A stretch of DNA of 64,000 nt from an uncultured Armatimonadia bacterium (GCA_963749155.1 CAVVLO010000001.1:736001-800000), one strand, 5' to 3'. Counted from the first letter of the stretch, positions 38,783 through 49,646 are shown. Numbers and translations are program-made. Notes: generated by a model from the sequence alone, not told the origin.

Positions 38783-41230
38783 TGGCGGCGCGTTATGCTT
38801 CCGTGTTGCTCGATCGGGCTGGCCAGGGGCTCGCGGAAGCGCTGACTTACGAAATCCCCCCCTCTTTGGAAGGGCGCGTTGAGCGCGGCCATCTTGTACT
38901 GGCTCCCCTCAGGACAGGCCTCGAGACAGGCTTCGTGGTGGCAGTTACCGACAAGGCAGGAATCGAGGCTGACAAGCTCCGCCCCCTTTACCAGGTGCTT
39001 GGCGAGGAGCCTGTCATCCCCCCAGAACTCTTCGAACTGGCGCACTGGCTCGCATATGAGTATTTCGCGACCGTGCCTCAGGCTTTGAGAGCGATGCTGC
39101 CTGGCGGGCTGCGCAGGCGGGTCAGAAAGGTCGCTCGCTGGACTACTGGCGAGGGAGTGGAAGAGGCGCTTGCCAGGTCTCGCGGCGACACCAGAGAGCT
39201 GGTAGAGGCCGTTAGCAAGGTGTTGTCGGGCGGCGAGGCGCTGACCGAACAGCAGGTCATCGCAAGAGCCGGTGTCAAGGGCGCCAAGAAAGGCCTGAAA
39301 TGGCTGGTGGACCATCAGTTCGCCCGCCTGACCTGGGAACTCGCTCCGGCCGAGGGCAAGGCGCGCAAAGAGGTGCGCCTCAGAGTCGCGGATCATCTGC
39401 CCGAGGATACCTCGCTTACTGACAAGCAGGCTTCTGTCGTGGCGGTGCTGGTGGAGCTTGGTTTCGCTACGGCTTCAGAACTGGCGCGCGAAGCGGGGGT
39501 CTCCGCCAGTGTTGTCAAGGCTTTGCAGACGAAGGAAGTGCTGGTGGCGCAGGAGGAACGCGTCTGGCGCGATCCGGCAAAAGTTGATTTGAAAGATGGC
39601 TCAATCGGCCAGCCGCTTACCGACGAGCAAAAGACAGCGCTTGCGATAATCGAGCAAGCCCTTGAGGGAGAAGGCTCTCGCACCGTCTTGCTGCAAGGGG
39701 TAACAGGCAGCGGGAAGACTCGCGTCTATATGGAGGCTATCTCGCGCGTGCTGGAGCAGGGCAAAACCGCCCTGGTACTGGTGCCCGAGATCTCGCTTAC
39801 TGCCCAGGTCATCGGGCTGGCGGCTGACTGGTTCGGCACCCAGGTTGCAGTCTGGCACAGCGCGCTTTCTACTGGCGAACGCTTCGATGAATGGCAGCGG
39901 GTTAGAAGTGGCGAGGCGCGCGTGGTGATAGGAGCGCGTAGCGCGGTGCTTGCGCCAGTGCGAGACCTCGGCCTTATAGTGGTAGATGAAGAGTTTGAGA
40001 ACTCGTACAAGCAGGATTCACCCCCTCGTTATCACGCGGTGGAAGTAGCCGAATGGCGCGCTGCCAAGAGTGGCGCGGCGGTCGTGCTGGCTTCGGCAAC
40101 GCCCTCGCTGGAGGCCGCTTATCGAGCCGAGACTGGGACAATATCTCCATGCCAGGCTTACCGAGCGGATCGGCGAGAGCGTCCTCCCCGCGGTCAGTGT
40201 GATAGACCTGGGCAACCTGTCAGGCCGCGAACTGGCAGAGCGTGACTACATCACTGAAGAGCTGGAGAACGCCTTGCGCGACCGGCTGGTTCGGGGTGAG
40301 CAGTCGCTGCTTTTTCTCAACCGGAGAGGCTTCAGCCCGCTGGTCTCTTGCAACGAGTGCAACCAGACGCTCAAGTGCCCAAGCTGTGAGATCTCGCTGA
40401 CTTATCATCGGCGCGACCAGGCACTGAAGTGCCATTATTGTGGTTATGAGACGCCTCTGCCCGAGACCTGTTCGCATTGTGGAGGATATGACTGGCGCTT
40501 CATTGGGGCGGGCACCGAGCGGCTTGAAGACCGACTGCACGAGCTGCTGCCTGAAGCTCGCATCGGCAGGATGGATCGCGACACCATCAATACTCGCGAG
40601 GGCTATGTGCGAGTGTTCTCTCAGATGCGCGCCGGTGAGCTGGATATTTTGCTGGGCACCCAGATGGTCGCCAAGGGGTTTGACTTCCCCAAACTTACCC
40701 TGGTGGGAGTATTATTGGCCGAGCAGGCGTTAGGATTTTCAGACTTCCGCGCGGGAGAGCGGACTTTTCAATTGCTGGTGCAAGTCGCAGGCCGGGCTGG
40801 GCGAAGAGACACCCAGGGCCAGGTGCTGCTTCAGACTTATGATCCTGAGCATTATGCGATCAAGACTGCGATCGCTCAGGATTATGAGGCTTTCTACCAG
40901 GTCGAACTTGAAATGCGCAGGCAGGCTTGTTACCCTCCCGTTGGAGAGCTTTACCGGATTGTCTGCCGCGATCTTGATGGAGTGCTCGTAAGGCAGCGAC
41001 TGGTAAAGCTGGAAGCGATGCTGAAGCAGGAGCTGCCAGCCGAGGTGAGCCTGCTTCCCCCCACGCCGTGTCCCTTCGAGCGGCTGCAGGGGCAGTCCAG
41101 ATGGCATCTGTTGTTGAAGACACCGCACCGAGAACTGGTTCACAAGGTGCTTTGGGAGGTAATGAGGCGACTGGCTCCCAGCGAACGGAAGGGTATCTGG
41201 CTGGAGGTTGGGCCCCGGTCTTTGTTATGA
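38782..41230 (+). CDS. priA: Primosomal protein N'; extra G at ~40136
   Basis: LQGVTGSGKT, LVPEISLT, DEE..SYKQ, SATPSLE, then LNRRGF, four CxxC pairs, GTERLE, GTQMVAKGFDFP, QVAGRAGR. Confidence 0.95.
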
Positions 41231-41240
41231 GGTGGGAAAA

Positions 41241-41813
41241 ATGGCAACAATGAGAGTGTATGTATATCCGCAACCGGTGCTGGCGCGTAAAGCCAAAGCC
41301 ATTACGCGGATTGATAAAGAGATTCGCGAATTTGGCGCCAGGCTGGTTGAAACGATGCTTGAAGCTGACGGTGTTGGGCTGGCTGCTCCCCAGGTTGGGG
41401 AGTCTATCCGCGTAATCGCGCTTAATATGGATGATCGCCCTCGGGTCTTTATCAATCCACGCATCGTCGAACGCGAAGGGCGCCAGATTGAACTGGAAGG
41501 CTGTCTCAGCTTTCCCAGGTTGTATGGCGATGTCGTAAGGCCGGAAAAGGTTGTCGTAGAGGCTACCAGGTTGAACGGGAGACGCACCCGGGTCGAGGCG
41601 GAAGGGCTGATGGCGCGCGCTTTCTGCCATGAATGTGATCATCTCGATGGGATTACCTTTATCGAAAAAGTGATCGAACCGACGCTTGGCTGGCTGCTGC
41701 CTGATGAGGAGTCGGAAGAAGGCCTGCGCTTCGAGAAGACAAGCCTGGAGGAAGCAAAGCGGCTTCTGACCGAATATGGCGGCTATCCGATGCATCTGGA
41801 GGCCCAGAAGTGA
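41241..41813 (+). CDS. def: Peptide deformylase
   Basis: GVGLAAPQVG, EGCLS, HECDHLDG. Confidence 0.96.
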   Translation: MATMRVYVYPQPVLARKAKAITRIDKEIREFGARLVETMLEADGVGLAAPQVGESIRVIALNMDDRPRVFINPRIVEREGRQIELEGCLSFPRLYGDVVRPEKVVVEATRLNGRRTRVEAEGLMARAFCHECDHLDGITFIEKVIEPTLGWLLPDEESEEGLRFEKTSLEEAKRLLTEYGGYPMHLEAQK

Positions 41814-42751
41814 AGCTGGTCTTCTTCGGCACGCCCGAGCCTGCCGCGCGAGTACTGAGCGCGCTTGCAGAGGCAGAGGGCTTTGAGCCAGAGTTGGTGG
41901 TGACGGCCCCGCCTCGCTGTAAAGGCCGCGGCAGAAAGCTCTGCCCAACCCAGGTAGCCGAAGTTGCCGAAGGGCTAAAGCTTCCGGTAATAACTCCCGA
42001 TAACGTAAGCGACCCTGAGGTAGTCGCGTGCCTGGAGGGATTGGAGAGCAAACTCGCTGTAATTGTCGCGTATGGACAGATACTGCGTCAGAACGTTCTG
42101 GATGCTTTTCCACTGGGCCTGGTCAATGTGCATTACTCGCTTTTGCCCAGGTGGAGAGGCGCGGCGCCAGTCGAGAGAGCCCTCCTGGCAGGAGACAAAT
42201 TGACGGGCGTGACGCTGATGCAGCTAGTGCAGAAGCTGGATGCCGGTGGTATAATCGCGCAGAATCAATTAACAATTGCTGAAGATCAGACCGCAGGCGA
42301 ACTGGAGGCAGAGCTGACCGAGCAAGGCATCAAGTTGCTGATCGAGACTCTGCCGAGGTATGCTGAAGGCGCAATCGAGCTTGTTCCACAGGAAGAATCG
42401 AGCGCAACGTATGCACCAAAACTTACTGTGGAGGAAGCCGAGATTGAGTGGCGAAAAACTGCTGAGCAGCTCGCGCGCGAGGTAAGAGCGTACAATCCGC
42501 GGCCTGGTGCTCGTGTAAGATTTGGAGACGGCTGGCTTATTATTTATGGCGCTGAAGCACTGCCTGATAAAGGTGAGGGCGCCCAGCCAGTTCCCGGTAC
42601 GATACTTGAGTGCATAAAGCAGCAGGGCTTCGTGGTGAAGTGCGGTCAGGGAGCGCTGCTCGTGAAAGAAGTCGTTCCTCCGGGACGCAGGCGGATGAAC
42701 GGCTGGGCTTTTCTGTGTGGTCAGCGGTTGCGAGTGGGAGCGCGGCTCTGA
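41810..42751 (+). CDS. fmt: Methionyl-tRNA formyltransferase
   Basis: VFFGTPE, VAYGQIL, NVHYSLLPRWRGAAP, LDAG, YAPKL; GTGA overlap with def. Confidence 0.95.
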   Translation: MKLVFFGTPEPAARVLSALAEAEGFEPELVVTAPPRCKGRGRKLCPTQVAEVAEGLKLPVITPDNVSDPEVVACLEGLESKLAVIVAYGQILRQNVLDAFPLGLVNVHYSLLPRWRGAAPVERALLAGDKLTGVTLMQLVQKLDAGGIIAQNQLTIAEDQTAGELEAELTEQGIKLLIETLPRYAEGAIELVPQEESSATYAPKLTVEEAEIEWRKTAEQLAREVRAYNPRPGARVRFGDGWLIIYGAEALPDKGEGAQPVPGTILECIKQQGFVVKCGQGALLVKEVVPPGRRRMNGWAFLCGQRLRVGARL

Positions 42752-42781
42752 GAGCCAGACTTGGGAGGCTGATTTAGAGTT

Positions 42782-43177
42782 ATGTCTGAAGGCACCTTCG
42801 AAGAGAAACTCGGTAAAGCCGACCAGTTAAGGCTGGAGGGGAATTATGATGATGCCCTCCAGATCTACGAGATGTGCATGGCTGAGAAACCGCATGACCT
42901 GGAAGCCATATATGGCAGGGCTCTGGTATACAACTACACCGGGCTGTTTGAAGAATCGTTAAGTGAACTCGAACGAGTTAGAGAAATGAATCCGAATTTT
43001 CTCAAGGCAAGAATCCATTTGGGATTGACATATACCATGCTGGGTATGTATGAACAGGGCAAGAAGGAGCTCAAAGAAGTTCTCCGTCTTGATCCGGGTA
43101 ATCCGGAAGCCCTGAAGCACCTGGCATACTTCCCGGATGAAGAGGGCACTGACGAGGACGGCAGCTACGTATTGTAA
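42782..43177 (+). CDS. Small tetratricopeptide-repeat protein
   Basis: Three TPR-like units (G.YDDAL..Y...P; LG.TY..LG.YE.G...L..VL.LDP.N.EA). Confidence 0.8.
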   Translation: MSEGTFEEKLGKADQLRLEGNYDDALQIYEMCMAEKPHDLEAIYGRALVYNYTGLFEESLSELERVREMNPNFLKARIHLGLTYTMLGMYEQGKKELKEVLRLDPGNPEALKHLAYFPDEEGTDEDGSYVL

Positions 43178-43213
43178 ACGCCCAGGGGCCCCTTTCTTAC
43201 TGGGAGTGTGGTA

Positions 43214-45058
43214 ATGGATACGGTCCAAATTTTTATTGAGCCCCGAGGGCTTTTACTGAAAGCCGGGGCAGGTTCCACGTTGCTTGATGCGCTTCGAGCC
43301 GCAGGTATCGAACTCGACGCCCCGTGTGGAGGCGCCGGCACCTGTGGCAAGTGCAAGGTTATAATCACTGAGAATCCCCCACCGCCCACCTGGGCAGATG
43401 AAGAAGCGCTTTCTGATGCGGAAGTCGCTGGTGGTGTGCGCCTGGCTTGTCGAGTCAAGCTGGCGCGAGATCTGAAGGTGCGCCTCTTCGAAAGCCACGA
43501 GCGCGGACTGCAAAAAGCTCCGACTTTTGAATCGCCACGCAAGTTTAATCCTTTGCTGCAATCGGCCATACTCGAGCTGCCAAAGCCTTCTCTCACGGAT
43601 CAGCGCAGTGACTCGGAACGCGTCTTCGATACTGTTAGCCAGGCGACCGGAGGAAGCTGCAATCCGGCGCTTACTCCCCTCAGCCTGCTTGGGCGTTTCC
43701 CTTCCATCTTGCGCGAGGCGGGCTGGCGAGTCGAGGCCTTGTTCGATGATGTCTTCCTGCTTGGGCTTAGGCCAGCCGGAGAAAAACTGCCTCCGCTTTA
43801 TGGAATCGCGCTGGACATTGGCACTACTACACTAGCTGCTTATGCCGTAGATATGCGAACAGGCCAACGGCTTGGCACCGCAGCTCGCATCAATCCCCAG
43901 CGAAGCTTCGGCGGAGACGTAGTGTCACGTATAGAGGCTATCTCAAGTGGCTCCACCCAGTCAGCGACTCTGCAGGAACGTGTGATGGAAGGGCTCAACT
44001 CGCTCATCCTGGAGGCTTGTCAAGGCTGCGGAGCATGTATGGAAGAGGTTTATCACGTCACAGTCGTTGGCAATCCGACAATGACTCATCTGTTCCTTGG
44101 GCTGGATCCCCGCAATATGGCTGCGGCCCCTTATATTACTGTGCAAGGCGACACTTACTGTGTGCGGGCGAAAGAGCTGGGTCTTTCGGTAAATCCAGAG
44201 GCGCGCGTCTTCGTATTGCCATCAGTGTCGGCCTATGTTGGCGCCGATACAGTGGGTGTTATCCTCGCGACTGGTATGGACTTGTCCGACAAGACTACCC
44301 TGGCGATAGATATTGGCACTAATGGAGAGATGGCTCTCGCTCATAAAGGTCGGCTTTATTCGTGTTCGACCGCGGCAGGACCAGCCTTCGAAGGGGCCAA
44401 CATTAGTCAGGGGATGCGCGCCGAGGCAGGGGCGATTTCTGAGGTCCACATCAACCACGATGTGGCGATGAAGACCATCGGCATGCAGCCAGCCCGGGGT
44501 ATCTGTGGCTCAGGCCTCCTGGACGCTGTAGCCGAGTTGGTCAAGTCAGGGCTAGTGGCGTCCAGCGGGCGGATGATGGGACCTGAAGATGCGCTTGCAG
44601 ATGGCTTGCCCGAAGCGCTTTCCGCTCGAGTTGAAGCAGCAGAAGGTGGCAATCGTTTCAGACTTACACCCGAGACTGCTACAGACCAAGTCTGGCTTAC
44701 CCAGCGCGATGTTAGAGAGTTGCAACTGGCAAAAAGTGCCATCCGGGCAGGAATGGAGACGCTGCTGTCAAAGGCTGGGATCGGTTACGAGGAAATAGAA
44801 GCCCTTTATCTGGCGGGCGCCTTTGGCAATTACCTGGATAAATATAGTGCCGCGGCGGTTGGTATGGTGCCTGGTGCGTTGCTCGACCGTATCATCTCCG
44901 TCGGAAATGCCGCCGGTTCAGGTGCCGAACTGGCCTTGACAGACAGAGAAGCTTGGGGCAGGATAACGCGAATCAAAAACGAAATGGTTTATGTGGAACT
45001 TTCTGCCAATCTGGAGTTCCAAGAGTTGTACGTAGACCATATGATGTTCCCAGACTAA
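43214..45058 (+). CDS. Reductive activator of corrinoid enzymes (RACE; 2Fe-2S plus ASKHA ATPase, DUF4445)
   Basis: CGGAGTCGKC...RLAC ferredoxin motif; DIGTTT, FGGDVVSRI, YVGAD, DIGTNGE, AAGPAFEG, GICGSG, LAGAFG. Confidence 0.92.
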   Translation: MDTVQIFIEPRGLLLKAGAGSTLLDALRAAGIELDAPCGGAGTCGKCKVIITENPPPPTWADEEALSDAEVAGGVRLACRVKLARDLKVRLFESHERGLQKAPTFESPRKFNPLLQSAILELPKPSLTDQRSDSERVFDTVSQATGGSCNPALTPLSLLGRFPSILREAGWRVEALFDDVFLLGLRPAGEKLPPLYGIALDIGTTTLAAYAVDMRTGQRLGTAARINPQRSFGGDVVSRIEAISSGSTQSATLQERVMEGLNSLILEACQGCGACMEEVYHVTVVGNPTMTHLFLGLDPRNMAAAPYITVQGDTYCVRAKELGLSVNPEARVFVLPSVSAYVGADTVGVILATGMDLSDKTTLAIDIGTNGEMALAHKGRLYSCSTAAGPAFEGANISQGMRAEAGAISEVHINHDVAMKTIGMQPARGICGSGLLDAVAELVKSGLVASSGRMMGPEDALADGLPEALSARVEAAEGGNRFRLTPETATDQVWLTQRDVRELQLAKSAIRAGMETLLSKAGIGYEEIEALYLAGAFGNYLDKYSAAAVGMVPGALLDRIISVGNAAGSGAELALTDREAWGRITRIKNEMVYVELSANLEFQELYVDHMMFPD

Positions 45059-45119
45059 GCAAGCTACGCCCGAGGGCGTTGCGCATAAGCCAGACCATAC
45101 CGACAGGGGGAAGTTGACA

Positions 45120-45752
45120 ATGGCGGATTTTGAAGCACTGCAGCAGGCCATCATCAATGGCAAAAACAAGGACTCGCTGGCGCTGACCGAAGCGCTACTA
45201 GCCGAGGGAGTAACTGCCAAGCAGATCCTCGATGAGGGAATGATCCCCGGCATGAACGTCGTTGGCGAGAAATTCAAGAACAACGAGTTCTACGTGCCTG
45301 AGGTTCTGATTGCCGCTCGCGCTATGAAAGCTGCAATGGATCTTGTTCGTCCCAAGCTGCTTGAGGCCAAAGTAGAGCCCAAGGGCCGGGTCGCTATTGC
45401 CACCGTGCGCGGCGACCTGCATGACATCGGCAAGAACCTGGTCGCCATGATGCTCGAGGGCGCTGGCTACGACATCATCGACCTGGGTGTAGATTGCTCG
45501 CCCGAGCAGTTCGTAGATGCCGTCGTAAGCCAGGGGGCTGGTCTCATCGCGATGTCCGCCCTGCTTACAACCACGATGCCTTCGATGAAGGAAACCGTGG
45601 ATGCCCTGAAGGAAGCTGGCGTGCGCGACAAGGCCAAGGTTATGATCGGTGGCGCGCCTGTGACCCAGCAGTATGCTGACGAAATCGGCGCTGATGGTTA
45701 TTCCGCCGATGCTGCCAGCGCGGTTGATCTGGCCAACAGCCTCATCAGCTAA
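45120..45752 (+). CDS. Stand-alone corrinoid (cobalamin-binding) methyl-carrier protein, MtaC/MtvC-like
   Basis: Cap domain (GM..VG.KF...EFYVPEVL..ARAM) plus DLHDIGKNLV, SALLTTTM, IGGAP, GADGY. Confidence 0.93.
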   Translation: MADFEALQQAIINGKNKDSLALTEALLAEGVTAKQILDEGMIPGMNVVGEKFKNNEFYVPEVLIAARAMKAAMDLVRPKLLEAKVEPKGRVAIATVRGDLHDIGKNLVAMMLEGAGYDIIDLGVDCSPEQFVDAVVSQGAGLIAMSALLTTTMPSMKETVDALKEAGVRDKAKVMIGGAPVTQQYADEIGADGYSADAASAVDLANSLIS

Positions 45753-45806
45753 GTAAAATATCGATTACCAGAGTCCGCTCCGATTCCAGTCGCGGGAGGC
45801 ACCCGT

Positions 45807-46970
45807 ATGGATAAGGTAAGGGCGGCAATCATAGGCACGGGCTTTATCGGCCCTGCTCATGTAGAAGCCGCGCGCAGACTTGGCTTTGTGGATATGGTAG
45901 CGGTCGCCGAGAAAGATCAGGCGACCGCTCAGTCCAAGGCCGATCAGCTTTCGATTCCGGAAGCGACTGGTAGTTATCAGTCACTGCTGGCCAGGGATGA
46001 TATCCAGGTCATCCACAACTGCACGCCTAACAATATGCACTACCAGATCACCAAAGAGGCGCTGCAGGCCGGCAAGCATGTCATCTCCGAAAAACCCCTG
46101 GCGATGAACTCCTCAGAGTCACGCGCCCTGGTCGAACTGGCTCGCGAAAAAGACCTGGTCAACGCGATTGACTTCAATTATCGCAACTACTCGCTGGTGC
46201 AGGAAGCTCGCGATATGGTCGAACGCGGCGAGGTAGGCGATATCTACGCCGTCCATGGCAGCTATCTGCAGGACTGGCTCTATCTCGACACCGACTGGAA
46301 CTGGCGCCTTATCCCCGAGTTGGGTGGCACCTCGCGCGCTGTGGCCGATGTTGGTTCTCACTGGTGCGATCTGATCGAATTTATCAGTGGGCTGCGCATC
46401 AGGAAGGTCTTCGCCGATCTGGTTACCGTCCACAAGATCAGGAAGAAGCCAAAAGTCGAAGTAGAGACTTATGCCGGCAAAGAACTGAAGCCAGAAGACT
46501 ACGAAGATATGCCCATCGATACCGAAGATTATGCCTCGGTACTCTTCGAGCTGGCCAACGGTGCTCACGGAGTTTTTACCGTCTGTCAGGTAGCGGCTGG
46601 ACGCAAGAACCGACCCTATTTCGAAATCGATGGCTCCAACTGCGCTTTGGCATGGGACCAGGAGCGGCCCAATGAACTGTGGATTGGCCGTCGAGAGGGC
46701 CCTAACCAGTTGCTGATGGATGATCCCTCCTTGCTTTCGCCTCGGGCGAAGGCTTTCACCCACTTCCCGGGAGGGCATCCAGAGGCCTATCCGGACGGAC
46801 TGAAGAACTTGATGATGCAGGTCTATGGGTATATCCGAGCCGGTAAGCGACCCAGCCAGGCGCCGCCACCCTTCTCGACCTTTGCGGATGGCCATCACGA
46901 GATTCTTATGGTTGAGGCCGTACTCAGGAGTAAGGAGACAGGTGGCTGGGTAGACGTGCCAGAGTTCTAG
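45807..46970 (+). CDS. Gfo/Idh/MocA family NAD(P)-dependent oxidoreductase
   Basis: IIGTGFIG, CTPNNMH, KHVISEKPLA, DVGSHWCD. Confidence 0.92.
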   Translation: MDKVRAAIIGTGFIGPAHVEAARRLGFVDMVAVAEKDQATAQSKADQLSIPEATGSYQSLLARDDIQVIHNCTPNNMHYQITKEALQAGKHVISEKPLAMNSSESRALVELAREKDLVNAIDFNYRNYSLVQEARDMVERGEVGDIYAVHGSYLQDWLYLDTDWNWRLIPELGGTSRAVADVGSHWCDLIEFISGLRIRKVFADLVTVHKIRKKPKVEVETYAGKELKPEDYEDMPIDTEDYASVLFELANGAHGVFTVCQVAAGRKNRPYFEIDGSNCALAWDQERPNELWIGRREGPNQLLMDDPSLLSPRAKAFTHFPGGHPEAYPDGLKNLMMQVYGYIRAGKRPSQAPPPFSTFADGHHEILMVEAVLRSKETGGWVDVPEF

Positions 46971-46996
46971 TCCAGCTTTTCAATTGTAGTAATAGC

Positions 46997-47034
46997 GCGC
47001 CGGCCGGAACCTCTTCCGGTCGGCGCTGTTCTTT
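46997..47034 (+). terminator. Intrinsic terminator
   Basis: GCGCCGGCCGGAA-CCTC-TTCCGGTCGGCGC then TGTTCTTT. Confidence 0.7.
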
Positions 47035-47086
47035 GAACTGGAACCTCGATGAGGCTCGAGGCGTTCTCCTAGCAGAAGTCCTGCTA

Positions 47087-47095
47087 TGCTATAAT
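47087..47095 (+). promoter_or_regulatory. Extended -10 promoter element
   Basis: TGCTATAAT 33 nt upstream of the ATG at 47128. Confidence 0.55.
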
Positions 47096-47127
47096 CAATT
47101 GCCCGAGACAGGGCAAGGTGAGGCCCA

Positions 47128-47808
47128 ATGTTTAGCTGGTACGCAAGTATGTGGATTCTGATTCCGGCCGTTTTGCTTGGGATCTACGCCCAGATAAAAG
47201 TGAAGTCTGCTTTCGGCAGGTGGTCCAAGGTTGGCAATGCTGCCGGGCTGTCAGGCGCCGAGGCTGCTGAGCGCATATTGAAGGCAGCAGGCGTTGCGGG
47301 AGTGGCTATAAAGCCCGCGACAGGCTTCCTCAGTGATAACTACAACCCGATGAATCGTACACTCAACCTGTCAGAGGAAGTCTATGGTTCGACTAGCATT
47401 GCCGCGGTCGGCGTTGCCGCCCATGAAGCAGGTCATGCCATCCAGCACGCCAGAGGATACTTCCCCCTGGCTGTCCGCACTGTGCTGGTGCCTGCCGCCC
47501 AATTTGGCAACTTCCTGTGGATAATCCTCTTTATGGCAGGCTTCTTCTTCAACAGTCCCACGATGATGTGGGCAGGCATTCTCATCTTCTCGGCTGCTGT
47601 AGCCTTCACCATCATTACTCTGCCAGTTGAGTTTAACGCCAGCAGTCGCGCAGTGAGAGCGCTTGATGATTCGGGTATATTAGTCTCTAACGAGCTGCAG
47701 GGCGCCAAAGCGGTGCTTGGAGCCGCTGCCCTGACCTATGTGGCGGCTGCGCTGATGGCTATCCTGCAATTGCTTCGTCTTATTTTGCTAGCACGAGGTC
47801 GCGACTAA
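47128..47808 (+). CDS. Membrane zinc metallopeptidase (YugP-like)
   Basis: SGAEAA..IL, LSDNYNP, AAHEAGHAIQ (HExxH), TLPVEFNASSRA, AAALTYVAA. Confidence 0.92.
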   Translation: MFSWYASMWILIPAVLLGIYAQIKVKSAFGRWSKVGNAAGLSGAEAAERILKAAGVAGVAIKPATGFLSDNYNPMNRTLNLSEEVYGSTSIAAVGVAAHEAGHAIQHARGYFPLAVRTVLVPAAQFGNFLWIILFMAGFFFNSPTMMWAGILIFSAAVAFTIITLPVEFNASSRAVRALDDSGILVSNELQGAKAVLGAAALTYVAAALMAILQLLRLILLARGRD

Positions 47809-47825
47809 AAGGAGCCAATCCTCTG

Positions 47826-48245
47826 ATGAAGCCCCTCTATCTGCTGCTGATGGCTGTCACGCTAGGCGCGACAGGACAGATCTCCTTGAAGTATGGAATG
47901 AACAGATTTGGCGCGGTAGAGGGCTTCAGCTTGAAAGTGCTGGGAGCACTGACCTCGCCCTACGTGCTTTTCGGATTTTTCTGTTATGCCTGCAGTTCGG
48001 TGCTCTGGCTAATGGTAATCTCTCAGGTCAAGCTGTCCTGGGCTTATCCGATGCTGGCCTCGAGTTATGTGCTTATCGTTTTCCTCTCCTGGCTGGTGCT
48101 GAAGGAGTCCGTATCCAGGCCTCAGTTGCTGGCCCTGGCGCTCATAGTGATTGGGGTAGGGTTGCTTTCTCAGACAGAGAATAAAGCAACACCAAAGGCC
48201 CAGCAAATAGCACAGCCTGGTCTTGAGCAACCAGCTCCAGACTAG
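47826..48245 (+). CDS. Small 4-TM DMT/EamA protein, ArnE/ArnF-like (undecaprenyl-P-sugar flippase candidate)
   Basis: GQISLKYG, YACSSVLWL, LSWAYPM.A.SY, LKESVS, LIVIGV pattern. Confidence 0.75.
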   Translation: MKPLYLLLMAVTLGATGQISLKYGMNRFGAVEGFSLKVLGALTSPYVLFGFFCYACSSVLWLMVISQVKLSWAYPMLASSYVLIVFLSWLVLKESVSRPQLLALALIVIGVGLLSQTENKATPKAQQIAQPGLEQPAPD

Positions 48246-48276
48246 CGCCAGCCCTGAGCAAGGACGCCATCGCCTT

Positions 48277-49644
48277 ATGAGAGTCGCTCTGGTCTTCCCG
48301 CGTTGCCGTTATCCAAGTGGCGATCCACCGCTTGGGGTGGCTTACCTTGCCGCCCTTGCCGAAGAGGCGGGCCACGAGGTAACTGTCATCGACACTACCT
48401 TCGCGCGCGATCCTGGAAGCCTGCTGCGGCAGGCTCTGGAGAAGGAGCGCTTCGACCTCATTGGGCTGTCTCTAATGACCGTAATGGTAAGAGACGTTCG
48501 AGAGCTGCTCCCCCTTATCAAGCAGTTGCAGCCTCAGGCGCGCCTGGTGGTGGGCGGTCCCCATGCCACCGTAGAGCCCTTGGCTACCCTTGAGCTGCCA
48601 GGCGTCGATGTGGTGGTGCTTGGCGAAGGAGAGGACACCTGGTGCGATTTGCTCGCAGCTGGCGGCAATCCTGAGGGCCTTGCTGGGTTGTGGTTTCGCA
48701 GGGGCGAGGAAGTCATCCAGAACGAGCCACGCGCCCCAATGGCCAGTCTGGATAGTCTCCCACTGCCAGCCTGGCACCGGCTGGATATGAAACAGTATCT
48801 GGCCAGTTGGTTTCACCTTGATGCAATTGGCCCAAACCTGCCGGGAACCTCAATAATGGCTTCCAGGGGATGCCCCTATAGCTGCAGCTACTGCCAGCCA
48901 ACTCTGGACAAGCTGTTCGGCAAGAAACTCCGCTGGCGCTCTGTAGAGCACGTGATGCGCGAGCTGTACGAACTCAAGCGTCTGTATAATCCGCGCGGGC
49001 TTATGTGGCTCGATGACACCTTTACAGCCAACCCGCGTTGGGTAAAGCAGTTTTGCGATCAACTCACAGCCAGCAAGCTTGGATACCAGTGGGGTTGCAA
49101 TGTCCGGGCCGACACTGTAACTCGTGATTTACTCCTGGGGATGCGCGAGGCCGGACTGGTGATGGTGCATCTGGGTATCGAGAGCGGTTCTCAGCGGGTG
49201 CTTGATGACATCTACCGCAAAGGCATTACACTCGAACAGGTAGCTACTACTGTTGAGATAGCCAAGAGTCTTGGGCTTTATGTGCGCGGGTATTTTATGA
49301 TGGGCGCGCCCACAGAGACTATTGAAGAAATCAAGGCTACAATAGAACTGGCTTCCTCACTCGAGCTTGATGATGCCAGCTTCAGTCTGACAACTCCCTT
49401 CCCGCACACTTATCTTTGGGATTTCAGCAGTCAATATCTGGCGGAGGGGCTCGAGGATTTCGATTATTACAAGGTGCCCCCTTACAGAGCTGGTTATGCT
49501 GTCAAACCAGAATTACTGAAGAAGCTCAGACGTTATGCTCTGCTTAAATTCTACTTCTCACGCAAGCGATTTGCGCGTACACTCAAGTCACTAGGTTCAC
49601 CACTGGCGCTTCACAGGAACCTGCTGAAACTGCGGAGGTTCTAA
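48277..49644 (+). CDS. B12-binding-domain radical SAM enzyme
   Basis: PPLGVAYLAA, GGPHAT, GEGE, SRGCPYSCSYC (CxxxCxxC), DDTFT, GIESGSQRVL, FMMGAPTET, TPFPHT. Confidence 0.92.
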   Translation: MRVALVFPRCRYPSGDPPLGVAYLAALAEEAGHEVTVIDTTFARDPGSLLRQALEKERFDLIGLSLMTVMVRDVRELLPLIKQLQPQARLVVGGPHATVEPLATLELPGVDVVVLGEGEDTWCDLLAAGGNPEGLAGLWFRRGEEVIQNEPRAPMASLDSLPLPAWHRLDMKQYLASWFHLDAIGPNLPGTSIMASRGCPYSCSYCQPTLDKLFGKKLRWRSVEHVMRELYELKRLYNPRGLMWLDDTFTANPRWVKQFCDQLTASKLGYQWGCNVRADTVTRDLLLGMREAGLVMVHLGIESGSQRVLDDIYRKGITLEQVATTVEIAKSLGLYVRGYFMMGAPTETIEEIKATIELASSLELDDASFSLTTPFPHTYLWDFSSQYLAEGLEDFDYYKVPPYRAGYAVKPELLKKLRRYALLKFYFSRKRFARTLKSLGSPLALHRNLLKLRRF

Positions 49645-49646
49645 AA

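Noticed and set aside
40860..42113. Long antisense ORFs (417 aa here; also 22188-23324 and 38434-39396)
   Set aside because: Shadows of well-conserved genes in high-GC DNA; no motifs or RBS.
45059..45119. Cobalamin riboswitch before the corrinoid gene
   Set aside because: Only about 60 nt with one small hairpin; core B12-element motifs are absent.
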